In this document: positions 39,280 through 53,097 of the stretch, piece by piece
How the letters are laid out: each line of letters starts with the position of its first letter
Position numbering within the stretch: the first letter of the stretch is position 1
Assembly: GCF_037042905.1 (NCBI RefSeq)
Contig: NC_087254.1
Span: 35,278,001-35,342,000 of the forward strand
Direction: 5' to 3'
Origin: Lytechinus pictus
Taxonomy: Eukaryota
DNA: 64,000 nucleotides
Translations under genes and position numbers: made by a program
The notes under the pieces: generated by a model
The model's input: the letters and a program-made list of their open reading frames with translations, nothing else
The model's database searches: none
What the model was told of the DNA's origin: nothing

Positions 39280-40233
39280 TGATCACGTTGAACGTCAATC
39301 GGAAGATTCAAGATTTCCATTGTAGCATAATATCAAGGATACCGTTATTTCGAATCTTATATAAAAAGGTTCCTATAAAGGATAAATCGGCTCGAATTTT
39401 TTGTTTAACAACCTGTAGTGGAAGAGTAAACATTGATCAACTCAATCTGAGTATAGTTCAATTGAACTGTGATGTAATTGGCTACGTCAAACATGCCGCC
39501 ATACCAATTCATGTCGCATGGACTAACGGTAATAGGTGAATCCTACAAGGAATGAATCTTAACAGGCCCACGTTGCAGAAAGAGATGGGTTTGAATACAA
39601 TCCACCCGAATCGATCACATGTCCAAAATACGGTCGATGATTGGCTCATAATCGTGTTACTTTTGATTGAAACTCTTTATGTAACCGCTCAAGATATAGA
39701 TTGAGGAGGGGTAGATAGTTTTCCTCAAAGAGACCTCTCAAAGGTCATGTCTAGAGTGGTTTGAAAACCGAAAAGAACTCGAAACTATCTAGAGAATGGT
39801 CTGTTCAAATATTGGGAAAGATGTGGGGGAGAATTCGATTAAAAAAAAAAAAAAAAAAACAAAGTGAGGAGCAAAAGGGAGAAAGAGGAGCGAGATAAAA
39901 AAAAAATCATAATGGCTATTTAGATAGTAGGGGTTTAACTGTACAAGGTGGTAAACCGATGGAGAGAGAGGGGGGGGCAAACAGCGATGAAAAGGAGGCA
40001 AGCTGCAGATATGACAGATCTAACAAAAAAGTCGAAGTGTACAGCAAGGCGGATTTAATTTTTTTTCAATGAACCCATTGGTGGTGCTATGAGAGGGGGT
40101 TGAGGGTGCTGTCGTGCTGACATCCAAATTTTTGAAGATTTTCTAGTGAAAAGGGGCAATAGAGGATTAATTAAAACAAGGTAAAAGTCGGAGAAGAAAA
40201 ATGATAGAATATAGAAAGAGATATGGGGGTTGT

Positions 40234-40760
40234 GTAGTGGCGTCATCAGGATTTTTAAACTGGGGGGGGGGGGGCGAATGGGGAAGGGGTTATAGGGTTA
40301 ACATGAATTTTGTTATGCCTGTTTCGCACAATTGAGCGCAAAGCGCGAGCTAAAATGTTTAATGTAGGCCCTATACTGACTTGTTAAGGACTACTGGAAG
40401 TATCTTGTAAATACCTCAAGTGACTTGTAAATATCTATCCAAATATATAATGCGAGCGCGAAGCGCGACCCGAAAATGTAAATATCCTGAGATAATGACT
40501 AGACACTATTCAAGCACTGTAACCATGACCAGCTCAGTGGCGGACCGTGACCAGGAGGAGACAAAGCATTGGAGGGGCACAGCATTGTTCACAAAGAATA
40601 GTGTCCCTCCAATCATTTGTCTCCTTCGGGTCACGGTCTGCTACTGATGACCAGGATGGGTATCTAACTAACCAATTGATGCGAGTGCGTAGCGCGAGCT
40701 GAAAATGTTTAATAGACCGATTCAGCACTTTAAAAAATATGAACATGCAGGACGCGTATC
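40234..40760. repeat. Interspersed repeat with gcgagcgcgaagcgcgagc subunits
   Basis: Motif at ~40334, 40452, 40681, each followed by aaaatgt; G-tract near the left end. Confidence 0.6.
40535..40646. mobile_element. 112-bp fully palindromic MITE inserted in the previous repeat
   Basis: cagtggcggaccgtgacc...ggtcacggtctgctactg, arms pair over nearly the whole length; atgaccag duplicated in flanks. Confidence 0.8.
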
Positions 40761-41518
40761 TCGCTTTGTACAGATACTACTAATCTGTTACTGACCAAAC
40801 ATATGAGATTATTGAGATTAATATGAGATTATAGACTTACTTATATGTCTACAAGGCTCGATTGTAAAATTAATCTTTTGGTGAATATGCGTTCGTGCTT
40901 CAAAAATGTTCAATGTCAAAAAACGAATTTGGAAGGTAAATGAATATCATTATATCTTATAAATTAATATTAGTTGATTTTGACCAGTTTTATCTGTCGG
41001 ACTAACATATTGGTCATTTTTTACCAAGCCTTTTTGATAGTGAACTTAAAGAAGAGTTGACGATCTAGATTATCTGCATGTTGAGCAGTTCGTATCATTA
41101 AAAAAAGAGTTTTCATGAATTTATAACCAAGTATCACTGCCAGGTACATTTAAATGAAATAGTACGTCACATGTGAACAACAAAAAAAAAAACCATCCCC
41201 CCCCCAAAAAAAAAACATTTGGTAATTGGATCTAACAAAATAGCAAGATTCTAGACGAAGTTAACTCTAAATAACAGAGAAATGTTATTATCATATTTAA
41301 ATTAAATCAATATATATTTTTACCATTTTTACCTTATGTGACGAAATTGTCACTAAAATGTTAAAATACTTATCAAAACGATCTATGGCAGGCCAAAGTA
41401 CTTGATGCGAGAGCACCTTTTCAATGTAAAAGAACCCATTATGAGTGATCGCTACCACATAATATTATGATGCCCCCAGTCACACATACCAAACCGACTC
41501 CTAATCGACAAAAACATA

Positions 41519-43706
41519 TTATTAGGTGGTCTGTCAACGACAGATCACCTATTGATTTCGCCAGAATTTTTATTTCTTCCGTACACTTTTTTGTACACAC
41601 GTTCACTCGAAATCGACATGGTCAATTTCCTTCAAATTTCTGTCAGTCATCAAGCCCTATGATTTCAAGTTAAATCAACATTTTCAAGGTCATCAGGTCA
41701 TCGTGACGTCATCCAGGCGCCATTTTGTGAAATCACATTATCAATCATATCTTCATGATGTGCAATCAAAGGTCATTCATATTCATATCACATTAACTTC
41801 AGGTCACGGGTCAACAGGTCATGTCATCTAAGGTCACCTGGAGGTAACGACGCGCGCGTACGCGCGCGTCAAAATTTTCAATTGCTCAAAATCACTTTTT
41901 GACCAAAGTAAAGTACGTTTCAGGTCATTTTAAGCATTTCAAAAATTTGCGCGCGCACACGTATGCGCGCGCGTTTCCGCGCGTAACACCTTCAACGCAA
42001 CGCAGAAACGCCGTTTTTTTATATCATTGCATTGATAATATAATTCTGAGCAATTTGATACCTTGATCAACCTTCTACGACCATTAATAACGAAATTAAC
42101 ACCCGTTAAAGTTTGCAGCACGTGTGCGCGCGAGCTCTTACTATAGGCCATATATGGGCAAAAACATGCCTATTAAAAATTCACTGTAGCTCTTCAGAAC
42201 GAACGGGAACCCCCAATTTTTCCTCACTCTTGGATTTAGTCAATATCTCGTTTGGAGATTTTGTGATGACATCAAAATCCCATTCGAAGTAAAAAAACAT
42301 TTTTTCGGCAATTCATCAATTTTTTATTTATTTAGTATTTATTTATATTTGGCTGTATCTTCGTTATTAGTGGTCAATTTTCTCCCAGATTTTGATATGA
42401 TGTATTGAAGACAATTCTCTACAAATAACGTTTGACTTATTTTCACTTTTGACCACAGCATCAGTGTGTTATGACTTGTTTAAGTTTTTGCTATTTTTTT
42501 CTGGACCTAATTTTTGAGAATTTTTTAAAGAAAATGCTTCATTAATCAATTGTACGGTCTTGCTGAAAATTTTAAGCCCACCTGCTTTGCGGTTACTTAT
42601 GTAGGACATATTTTGTAATTTTGCCGGAACTTTTTAAGGGGCAATTTTAACATTGTAAAACATCATTTATGTATTTTTGTAGTAAACGCTGCAATATTTA
42701 AACACTATTGGGTTGAAAATTTTTATTCCGGACATTTTGCGGAAATTCCTGGATTTTTTTTCTGTTTGTTCATTTTTACTAAATATAACGTATAACAAAT
42801 TTCCAGGTACCTTCTGTGAAATGAAAAAAATTGTGCAATTTAGTTAATTACACATGTTCCCGAAATTTTGCGGGAAAATCGCCAGTATTTGAATCTTTTA
42901 CCTGACTTTTTTCAGTAAAAATCATCAAGAAAGAATTTTCAAGTAAATGTCAAAGTCATACACAATGAATAAAAAGATATTGAAAATTCTTGACGGAAAA
43001 TATTATTTGAAATGTTTAGAAATTTGCAGAAATTTGGCAAACATTTACAAAAAAAATTATACTTGGTTCTTTTATCAAATACATCACTGATGAGTTTTGA
43101 TGTGAATGCTGTGAAATTATAGCATAGTGAAACTTCTCATTAAAATCTATTGAAATGTAGCAGAAAATTTGAACAAAAAATAATATTTAAGATATTTTAG
43201 TTTTCAAAAAGTATCACCTATAAATTTTCAAGTATTCTGTGAAGTTTATACCCACTGACATTGTGAAATGTCAGTGGGTGAAATCTTTAAAAAAAAATGC
43301 TCAACAAACAAAGAATTTTTACAAAGATTTTGCATAAAAAACATCAAACTGTCGATTAAAAATTAGCTGCTGTGAAAATTAAAGCGCCTTTCATTGCGCA
43401 ATTTTGGAAAGCCAATTTCAGTAAAATTGTCAGGAGATTTTTGAGTTTTTAAGGCATTTTACGTGCTCCTAACTTTATTTTGTATTTAACATATTGCATT
43501 ATCACCACCATCATTATAATCATCACTACATTTATAATCAAATTTAGCAATTGTCAAAATTTATTCCTTTGATATCTATGATCAAGATTATCAATCATAT
43601 CTGAATGATTTATTCCCAGGATTCATTTTATAGAACATTAGCCGACAATGAATGAAGGATCATGACAGACCACCTAATTCGTCCGCATGACGAATTAAAA
43701 TCTAGT
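41519..43706 (+). mobile_element. Non-autonomous Helentron (HINE/DINE-1-like), ~2.2 kb
   Basis: Perfect 16-bp subterminal IR attaggtggtctgtca (41521) / tgacagaccacctaat (43663); local 5' IR gacagatcaccta; 3' hairpin aattcgtc-cgcat-gacgaatt; ends CTAG then T-run; no TSD. Confidence 0.85.
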
Positions 43707-44330
43707 TTTATTTCATTTCATTATCAGTTATTTCCACAATAACAGCAAAGCATATAAATTTTTTACAACTCAACATCATTATGGAAAAGATACAATTCAA
43801 ATTACATTGGAATAAAACAATGCAATACATTCGTGAAAGCAGTCAAATACGTAGTAATGATCATGTAACTTTAAAGTTGTCATGGAGAGGAAACCTTGTG
43901 AAACATGTTCCCTTTATTTTACATAATGGTATCATTGTTCATTATTTGAATTGAAATATAGAGAATAATGACAAAGGATACACTATACAACAGTCAACAC
44001 AACACGGAACAGGACAACACTTAAGACAGACGATAACATTATCCTGAAATTAAGTTTTTAGACTGTAGCGATTAATTTGGTTAAGTTTGAGTTTGCGTTT
44101 GAAAGTAAATAAGCTTGGTGAGTTTTTTATAAACTCATCCAGAGAATTGAATAAATGAGTTTTCTGTTAAAATAATGTTCTCAACAAAGGAAGGTGAAAA
44201 TTGTCTTGTGGGATAGCTATGGAAATGATAATTTTTTTATAAATAATAAATTTAGTAAGGTTGGCAATTCACCGAGATTTAATTAGTATATAAAACAGCC
44301 AAGACGAAGGTGATATATATTTCGAAATTT
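43707..44330 (-). mobile_element. 5'-truncated CR1-group LINE 3' end
   Basis: Minus-strand peptide NSLDEFIKNSPSLFTFKRKLKLNQI, then AT-rich 3' UTR and (AATGA)-like tail. Confidence 0.65.
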
Positions 44331-45653
44331 TATTACGTTATTAACAGCTCCATACCATCGCTCGGTTTGGTGTCTGTTTCATTGGTTGTGACTGTACCCT
44401 ATCTTGAGGAGTTTGTATTTAAATGGGAATAAAGTCATCATGGTCAATCACTCTTCAAATCCCAAGCTGATTGAGATAGAATCATCCAGGCGTGATATAT
44501 CTCAATCTTTCATCCAGCTTTCCATACGTGACCTGCATCCCTTAACTCATTACTGTCCCCTTTCAACATTAGAACCTGCAGTATCCGACGATCATAATGT
44601 CATATTTCCCCTAACCAAACGTTTAGTATTTAATAGATACTTTAAATTAGTAGGGAAAGTATTAATAAGTGCTCACCTCTAAACATGATTTTTAAAAAAA
44701 GGATCAAATTTAATTCATGTTTTTTAAGTAAAGTTTAATCAGTGAGAATATAAGGCTTATTGACCAGATTATAGAGACTCGACTCCAGACTATTCAAAAA
44801 GAAGTCACGATTCTATCTTGAATCGCTTCATCCCGGGCCTACTCAATGTTTCATGATGACTGGTGGCATTCGAGACTAATCCCCGAATGATTCATGAATA
44901 TATCAGGTTTCATTAAATATCCAACTCTCAGGCATTGAAAGTCCGTATATGAAATAATACAATTTACTCTTAACTCACAAGAGATAACTGGGGGAAAATT
45001 TTACCAACTCCCCCTCGGTAATCATTTGCGCATGTATGATTCACCGAAGAACCAAATTGTAAAGTTCATTTAAAGTTAACTAGCATCTTAAAACACTCCT
45101 CTTGAAATCGTGGGCTCAACTGCGTGATATTCTTATTCTACAAATGTATGGCATTAGTAAATCTTAGAATCCATTATACCACATATCTGAAGAATATAAG
45201 AACATGAATATCTATCAACGTTACATAATGTAAATGACATTCATATCGGGTTCAATCGTTTGATACTTTAATTCTACAAAACTTTGACATTAGATACATT
45301 TATAACGTTCATTTCTTAAAAAAAGGAATCTGCCAACATTCTGGTTGTCATATTATACATGTAGTTGTGAATGATTGATTTTATATTTAAGCCGTTACTT
45401 TGTAAACTTTGTATTACCTTGTATCTAAGGAACTGATTATAGTCTTAATCTATGCCTTTTGTGTGACTTTAAATGTCTTTTTTTCGTTTTGTTTTGACAG
45501 ATTGACAGTCATTTCACATTATATAGAAATGAAACAACCTTAAAACATTTACAAATCTGATGTTTGTTTTTCGTTCGAGATCCGTTCGCATATCTGCAGT
45601 GATCAGTTTAGGAGTCTTCACACCTGTTGGATGTTTCATAAAGCGCTTATTAA

Positions 45654-45826
45654 AGGAGAATGAAACCTTTGGAACTAGAAAGCTTGTGTGAAAACAGAAA
45701 AATCAAAGAAACAGACCAACGGAAGTTTGAGAAAAATCGGACAAATAATGAACAAGTTATGAGCATTTGAATATTGCGATCACTAATGCTATGGAGATCC
45801 TCACATTCCAAATGTTTCATTCCCCT
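45654..45826. mobile_element. Short TTAA-type MITE sharing termini with 5838-7175
   Basis: ttaa|aggagaatgaaac ... gtttcattcccct. Confidence 0.65.
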
Positions 45827-47480
45827 TTTAGTTGAGGGCGACTTTAAAAACGACTGGTGATCCTTTTTTGTGGTAAATGGTATACGCCAAAATGTTCAAT
45901 GGCAATGGTTTAGCGCGTAAGAAAGGTCCACCAGTCGTTCTTAAAGTCGCTCTTAACTTACGAACAGCATTATGAAACGGCCCCTTGCCGTATGAATTTA
46001 CAATAAACATTTTAAGTTAAATGAACATGCAGGAAGTTGGTGTTCATAATTAAATGTCATTTTGTTTATTGATAAACTAAAATCTATTTTCTTTCTCCAA
46101 AGTTTATTTATTAGTTAAGGAAAACTAATTTGATATACAGTATGTCTATGAAGTAATAAGATGGTGATAAATATTGACTCCACAATGATTAATGCAAGAA
46201 TCAGTTTAACACCGACCACAATCATAAAGATTTAAAAAAATGGTTACAATGAAATTAAACAAAAGATAATAACAAAAAATAAAGTCCAATCTAACGACAA
46301 TAACAATCATTTCTGTCTGTTTACGTCCATCTGTTATAGATGCATATATAAGCAATTTGTAATGAGGGGATTTCGGGTGGATGAATGAAAAAGGTGATGA
46401 ATATGGTTCGAATAAAGGAGGCAATGCATCTAAAATGCGCTTGCATCCACCGTTGCTGGGAATGATTAAGATTCACAGATATGATACATCAGCTGCTCTG
46501 GCGGACAGGTGCAAAATGGGTGCCCGTGTCACTTAATATCAAGAAAAACACTCCCAAACCTCTCTCCCTCTCTCTCTTTCTGTCGGCCTACCCCTCCCTC
46601 TCTTTTCTTCAATTCTCTTTCGCAATCTTCGACATCTTCTCCGAATTGCTGGCAAACCGAACGTGCAAGGCCCGGCTGCATTTAAACGCCCCATTGGCGG
46701 CGGCGTTTCAATTTATTCCCTTGTCCATGCACGACCTGTGTTACCTTACATCATACGTGCCGACCTCGTTCCATCAAGCCCCACTTGTTCCTAGATTACG
46801 CACCCGTGCGACCCTTCCGGCAATTAGACTCTTCCCTGTCTTTTTCTATTCCCATTACAGATTGTGCCGAGGTTACTCCGAGCACTCCCCATACCATCTA
46901 CTGGCGGGGATGTGAGCGACGCGTAAAACAAAAACAAAACCGCAGACGGTCGGAGAGGTTTCTTGCGTATCCTCGTATCTTGAGGAATGTATGACGTACG
47001 TCAGCTGGTTTAATTTTCCGCCACTTTGCTTGTTTTTACCGGACTAATGCGCTACTTCTACATCAGCAGTAGACGAAAAACCTCTGCTAACCGGATTTTA
47101 TCTCACACAAGGAGAAATCAGGCGGTTTTTTTTTATTTGACCAAGATTCCCATGTCGTGAATTAGTCCATCCTCATATTCTGTATCTTGTGTAGTACTTG
47201 TACCTGGGTATTTTCCCAAACAAGGAACATTCACTATTTCATCAGCTCTTTGGAAACAGAATTATCGCCAATTTGACAGAGAGGAGCAATTAAAATATTT
47301 GGACCTGATGCCGATATACCGAGATGATAATGTCTTTGCATTCAACAGGTGGGATGTTTAATTTTGTGTGAAAAGAGACGAATGTAATAACCAACCGATT
47401 CTTCCAGATTGGTCAAGACCCGAAAGATATATCCTTTGAGCTGCATCATAAGATACGATTAAAATAATAAAAGAAATTAA

Positions 47481-50400
47481 ATGGTTGAGAAAAAGACCAA
47501 GCAAGTGCTTATCTCTAGAATGGAGAGCAGCCATTTGGAGGCTCCATTGTCGTACTACCAGCTGAGGAAGAGAGCCGCCACCTGGCTCCGATGTGGAACC
47601 TTATCCTCCCTCATTCTCACCTTAGCAGGTGTAGCCATGATCATCTTGGGGATTCAGGGCACCCCTGCATCTTACAACATCAAATGGATCGGCATCGCGG
47701 CATCCGCCTCCGGGGGCAGCCTACTCCTCTTACTGCTACTGATATCGCTCATCATGGCCAGCTTCTGTCCCCAGGACGGTAATGGGGGCATACAGGTGCA
47801 GGGTATTGCCCCTCCTTGCACCCCATCTCATCACCATATGCACTCCCACCAGCACGCTCTTCCATCGGGTTCGGGGGCACTCACACCCACCTCTAGACAC
47901 CCTCCTATGGATGGTATGCAGTGGATGGTCTATTATCACCCCTCTAAGCATCAGCAGTTGGAGTAAGTTGTTAACAAATACTGTACTATTTTTATGTTCT
48001 AAAAATATGCATTTTTATTTATCATTATCATTTTCTAATTTACTTGCTTACTCATTTATTTATATACTAGTTTTTATTCATTTGCTCAAATAACATTATT
48101 TGTTATCATGATTATTTGTATTCAAATTCGTCACCAAAATAACACTATATACTTTGATAATTACAAAGATAGCCAATTGGCAACACCTTACACATACATC
48201 AAAATTATCGAGTATATTTTTTTCGGTTATGCTGCATGTTTTTAGGACTCGTTTTTTAGCGTATCTATAGGTAAATAATAACCTTTAAAAGATGTGTTTT
48301 ACGATACTATCCATTGTGGATATACACCCCGAATGTTCACATAATCTTTCAAAATCTGTCACCGTCGCTATAAAGAAAAAAAATCATTGGACAGAAATGA
48401 TTTGTGACATTTTGCTATCAGAGTACATCATGATAGAAAGTTTCATCTCCCAGAATCCAATTTGCCCCCTTTAAGCTGTCAAGTGTAATAATCGCGCAGC
48501 CAGAAGCTAAGGGAATGTGAGAGGACACTCTTAACTTAGGTATGGGACTCAACACATCTCATATATTAAATCCGAACTCCCTGTTGCCTGCACCAGGGCT
48601 GACGTTTCATTAAGAAACCCAGAGTGTGAGGTGGTACAGTGAACTGCATTACCCCTGACAACGGGATGGCTTCTCTAAAGTTGGTGAGACTTAATGAGTA
48701 GCCATTTTCAGCAAAATTGTGCCACCTCCAATTTGTAAATACAAAGTTGAATAATAGATTGCTGTTTTTCATGGTCGGTATTAGCCTACACTGAACTCAA
48801 CGATTTGCTAGATCATCAGTTTAAACCTACCCGCCAGAAAACACAAATCATAAGTGTTTGCCTTTTCATTTTACAAGGTAATTCATCTAAATCTCCAGAA
48901 TATCGATTGTTTTTATACCCATCTCACCCTTCAATAATGTCAAATTAGACTTTCAAAGGACCATAAACCTTTTTGATCTTCATTGAAATATATCCCTTTT
49001 TTAAATCTAAACTCTTATCCATCTTAACTATATATTGTCTTAATAAGCAAAATTCAACGGGTGCTTAACAAATTATTGCACTGAAATTAATGTAAAAAAT
49101 CGGTGAAATTACATCAATAAAATGACCCGATGCACCAGTATTATGTAAGATTTATTGATCACACCAAAAGCCTTCAAGATCTGAGCTTAAATACATTTTC
49201 GCAGTTTTGAGAACCAATGGATCCTGAATCACTGTTGACTAGACATATATGCTAGAGATAATCCTGTTTGATATTGATGATGTTAACATAATAAAACAAC
49301 AGAGAATAATCAGTACCCTTTTCTGTAATGTAAGCAATCCATAATGATGGGAAGAAATGTCGTTCCCCATCACTTTCGTGATTGAATTGCATCGTTAAAA
49401 GTGGGAGTGTTTCAATGGTGAATGATTCTAGAACCTGACATTGAGTTATTATTGCTTTCGAAACATAATCATTGCTTAAAGCTGTTGACTGCAAACCGGC
49501 AGCGCGAGCTAGCTACCAAGCTTATCCCTCAAGCGAGAAGCAGTCTAGTCTCGACTGGTGTTTAGATAATCCCAGTGTGCTTTCATCACAATAAGATGTG
49601 TTTTATGCGAAGGCTCAAAGCCTCGCAGATATCCAATCCATAATTATTTCCCTGCCTTTGTGAAAATTAGGCGGATCTCGTGAAAGCTTCCTCTGTAAAG
49701 CAAAACGAGACCTCATAAAATGGAATGGATAGATGAAGATGGGAAATGATGGAGATGGAGAAGAAAGAAATTCAACTAAATGTGAGGAATACGCCAGAGA
49801 GATGAAAATAAATAGAAATGGTTGACGTTCCAGCAGAAACTGTGAAAATACAATAATGGGCAAGCGACTGGTAAAATAAAGAGGTGGGTTGATAGAATAA
49901 TAGTACTAATAAGATAAGAGAGTAAATCATTGGGACAGATAGACAAACAACAAAAAACATAAAGATAAATGGATTGTGACGTATAGAATTGCAAAGTATA
50001 AATACCTTTTGTGAGGAAAGTTCCTTGAACTATAACAAGTTTGACATCATTTGTAGGATGGAATAAAAAAAAAATATTGCACAAAACGGCTTAATTAGCC
50101 AAAAGGGTATTGTCCAATAATAGGCAAAATAAGGCTATTTAACACAGTGTGAATAGATTTTAATTTGATTTGTGTGTTTTAGCATATATAAGTTAAGATA
50201 GAGGATTAGGAAATATCAAAAACGAAGAAATACAGAGATGCAGCGAAGAGTTAAAAGTTGAAAATACCCTGATAAAAACTTATTGCAAACATCCTTACTG
50301 TGAAAGAACAGTGTTCGTCCTCACAAGCACTCGCTCATCTTACGTTTATATTTCGTTTTGCCCCTTTTGTTTACTTGAGTCTTATCATGCTTATAGACAA

Positions 50401-51879
50401 GATAGATAGGGAAGAAAAATATCCATAAACTTTAATATAAAGCACTTGTTCATGGATTGCAATGACCTCTTTTAGGAGACCCCATGGATGCTTCTATTCG
50501 ATGCTAACGAGCATCCCCGGGTTTTAGACTCAGAGGCATCCATTTGGCCGTCATAGGCATGGTCATTACACGTCGTCATTAAGGATACAATATTGCCCCA
50601 AGCATAAGGGCTCTTTGCAAACACGACGCGGCTATATGCACTTCGAAAGTTGTGGTCTTTCCGTGAACCTATCATGTGGAAGCGTCGTGGTGTAGCTGTT
50701 CTGGCTCTGACTTTTTAACATTAGTGTCGTGTGTTCGAATCTAACCGGGGCCTAGCGTCCTTTGGCAAGGCGTCAATCCACAGTTTGTCACTCTCGACTC
50801 GGGTTTTAATTGGTACCTGGTTTGGATGGGAAAGCTATATACCTGAAATTGAGTCTTGGAATTCTTGTTTGAATGCTCCCCAGGTTATAGAGAAAGTGCA
50901 TACATTGTGTGCGGGGATGCCAGGATCCGATGGAGTGGGGTAATAATAGACTTTGGCCGTGTTTATGCTTCCACTTTTCAGGCCAGAATCAGCGTTTCCA
51001 TACGTGATTAGTCCAAAACACGGTTGCGTCCATGCGTTGTATAATAGCGGAATTTTTTTAATTATAAATTGTAATTTCGAATATTCGACTGATCTTGGAG
51101 AATACGAATTTAGTGTAAAGACTACTTACAGTTGCCGAACATTTACGTTTCGTTTTAAGTAGTGCGATATAATTCCCTTGATGGGTTGATGTTGTTGTTG
51201 ATGAAGTTATTGTTGCCGCTACTGCTTCTGCATTTTTCCCCATATTTTTTCGACGTCAAATTATTTTGAGCATACCGTATATAGGTGAAATTAGTAATCG
51301 GTAAAAGGTGCGCAATCAGTCTCCACTAATTTGTTCAATTTTCTTGTAAAGGTTTTTCCTTGATTTTTTTTTCACCAGCCGAACTACAAAGGAATCAAGG
51401 GAAGATCTAAATTATAAAATACATATGTTTTCATGCTATTGAAATAACGATGTTATATCCAATGTATATGCCAATGAAATTCCACATCGAAATGATGAAA
51501 TTTAATGTAATCTTTTGAAAATAACAATAGAGCAATATACTACTAGCTAAAAATACTCCATTAATATATTAATGTCTTTTCCTAGAAATTAGTACGGTAC
51601 ATATACATTAGTCATATTTCAAATAAATAACAGAGTCAGGAGATAATTTGCATTTACCCCATAAGATGTGGAAGCATCGTGACCGAGTAGCCTCGTGCGC
51701 CTGACTACCCACATTGAAATCCGGGGTTCGAAACCCGGCCAAGACACTTTTCCCCATGAGCAAGGATTTATCTAAATTGCTCTTTCGTGTGTTTCATCGT
51801 TATAGGTCAGTCCCTCACCATATCTGATTGATATATCATTTTGAGCACTTAACCACTCACACACACACTCACACACATA

Positions 51880-51915
<36 letters not shown>

Positions 51916-53054
51916 TATCTCACCAACACCCACAATTACATACACACTCAATTACATCCTTATCCATACACTAACATTGGCATACACCCACAACAATACA
52001 CGAACACACGCACTCACCTACCCTATCCCACATGAACGCCCACACACACTAAAACCCTCAAACACAACATTTTTTCTCTCTCACACACGCACACACCCTC
52101 GCAGGCTCGCACACCCACACATACTCCCGACGTATCACGAGTATTCCTTAATTCAGAGCAGAGTTCTCCTCTTCGAGGAAGGACGTAATTAAATGTCGAT
52201 GACACGCTTCGAAGTACAGGTGTTATTGGAAGGTCTCTTCATACTCGATGGATGTTGTCAAATCACTATCGAGATCGAAATAGGTGAAGATATAGATTTA
52301 AAGAAAGAAAGACTTGAAAAAGCGGTGGAACAAGGGAAAGATAAAGCGTTTTATCAAATGAATTTGGTTTATTTTCTTTATCTTACAAAATATAATACTG
52401 TATAACTCACGACAAGATAGAAGAAAACATACATGATAAAATAGTAAAATACAATAATTCAAAATAGGAAAAAGATTGTTAATAACATTTTAAGATGCAG
52501 ATTGGAGTCACACATTAAAAGCGGAAAATATGAAGGGAAGTTAAAAAAAAAAAAAGATCTTGTAATTTATAGCTTTCTATGACTGACTCATTTTCAATAT
52601 GTTATGGAATATCAATAAAAAATGGGGGAAGAAAAATATATACTTGAATAAAGAGAGAAAAGACGAGGTTGCACCAACGATGGCTAACAAAAACATAAAA
52701 GGGGTAAGGGACAAGTATTCAGATTTTTGTCTTATATTTTCATCTTTTCAATAATACTTATTTTACTTTTTGTTATAATCTTGTGTTTCAATGAACCATG
52801 AATTTATTTTAAACAATGCTACATGCAGATATCAGTCGCCTAATGATGAAAAGCATTTGGTCACAAAGAATACAAAGTCTTGCTCATATGGAAATGTATT
52901 ATTTTGCCATTATCATGATTATATATTAGTATTACTATTGTGACCCTTTCATTTCAAAAGGTGTTAAAATTGTTTGCTTATGACACCCATTTCATATTCT
53001 CTCTCCCTCCCCCAGTCTCTCTATACATACATACATACATATATATATATTTAC

Positions 53055-53097
<43 letters not shown>

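Noticed and set aside
46481-46915. 144-aa ORF upstream of the two-TM gene
   Set aside because: No recognisable domain and includes a CT microsatellite; more likely promoter or 5' UTR sequence.
50678-51783. tRNA genes
   Set aside because: A/B boxes are present, but no convincing cloverleaf is seen and both run into SINE body sequence.
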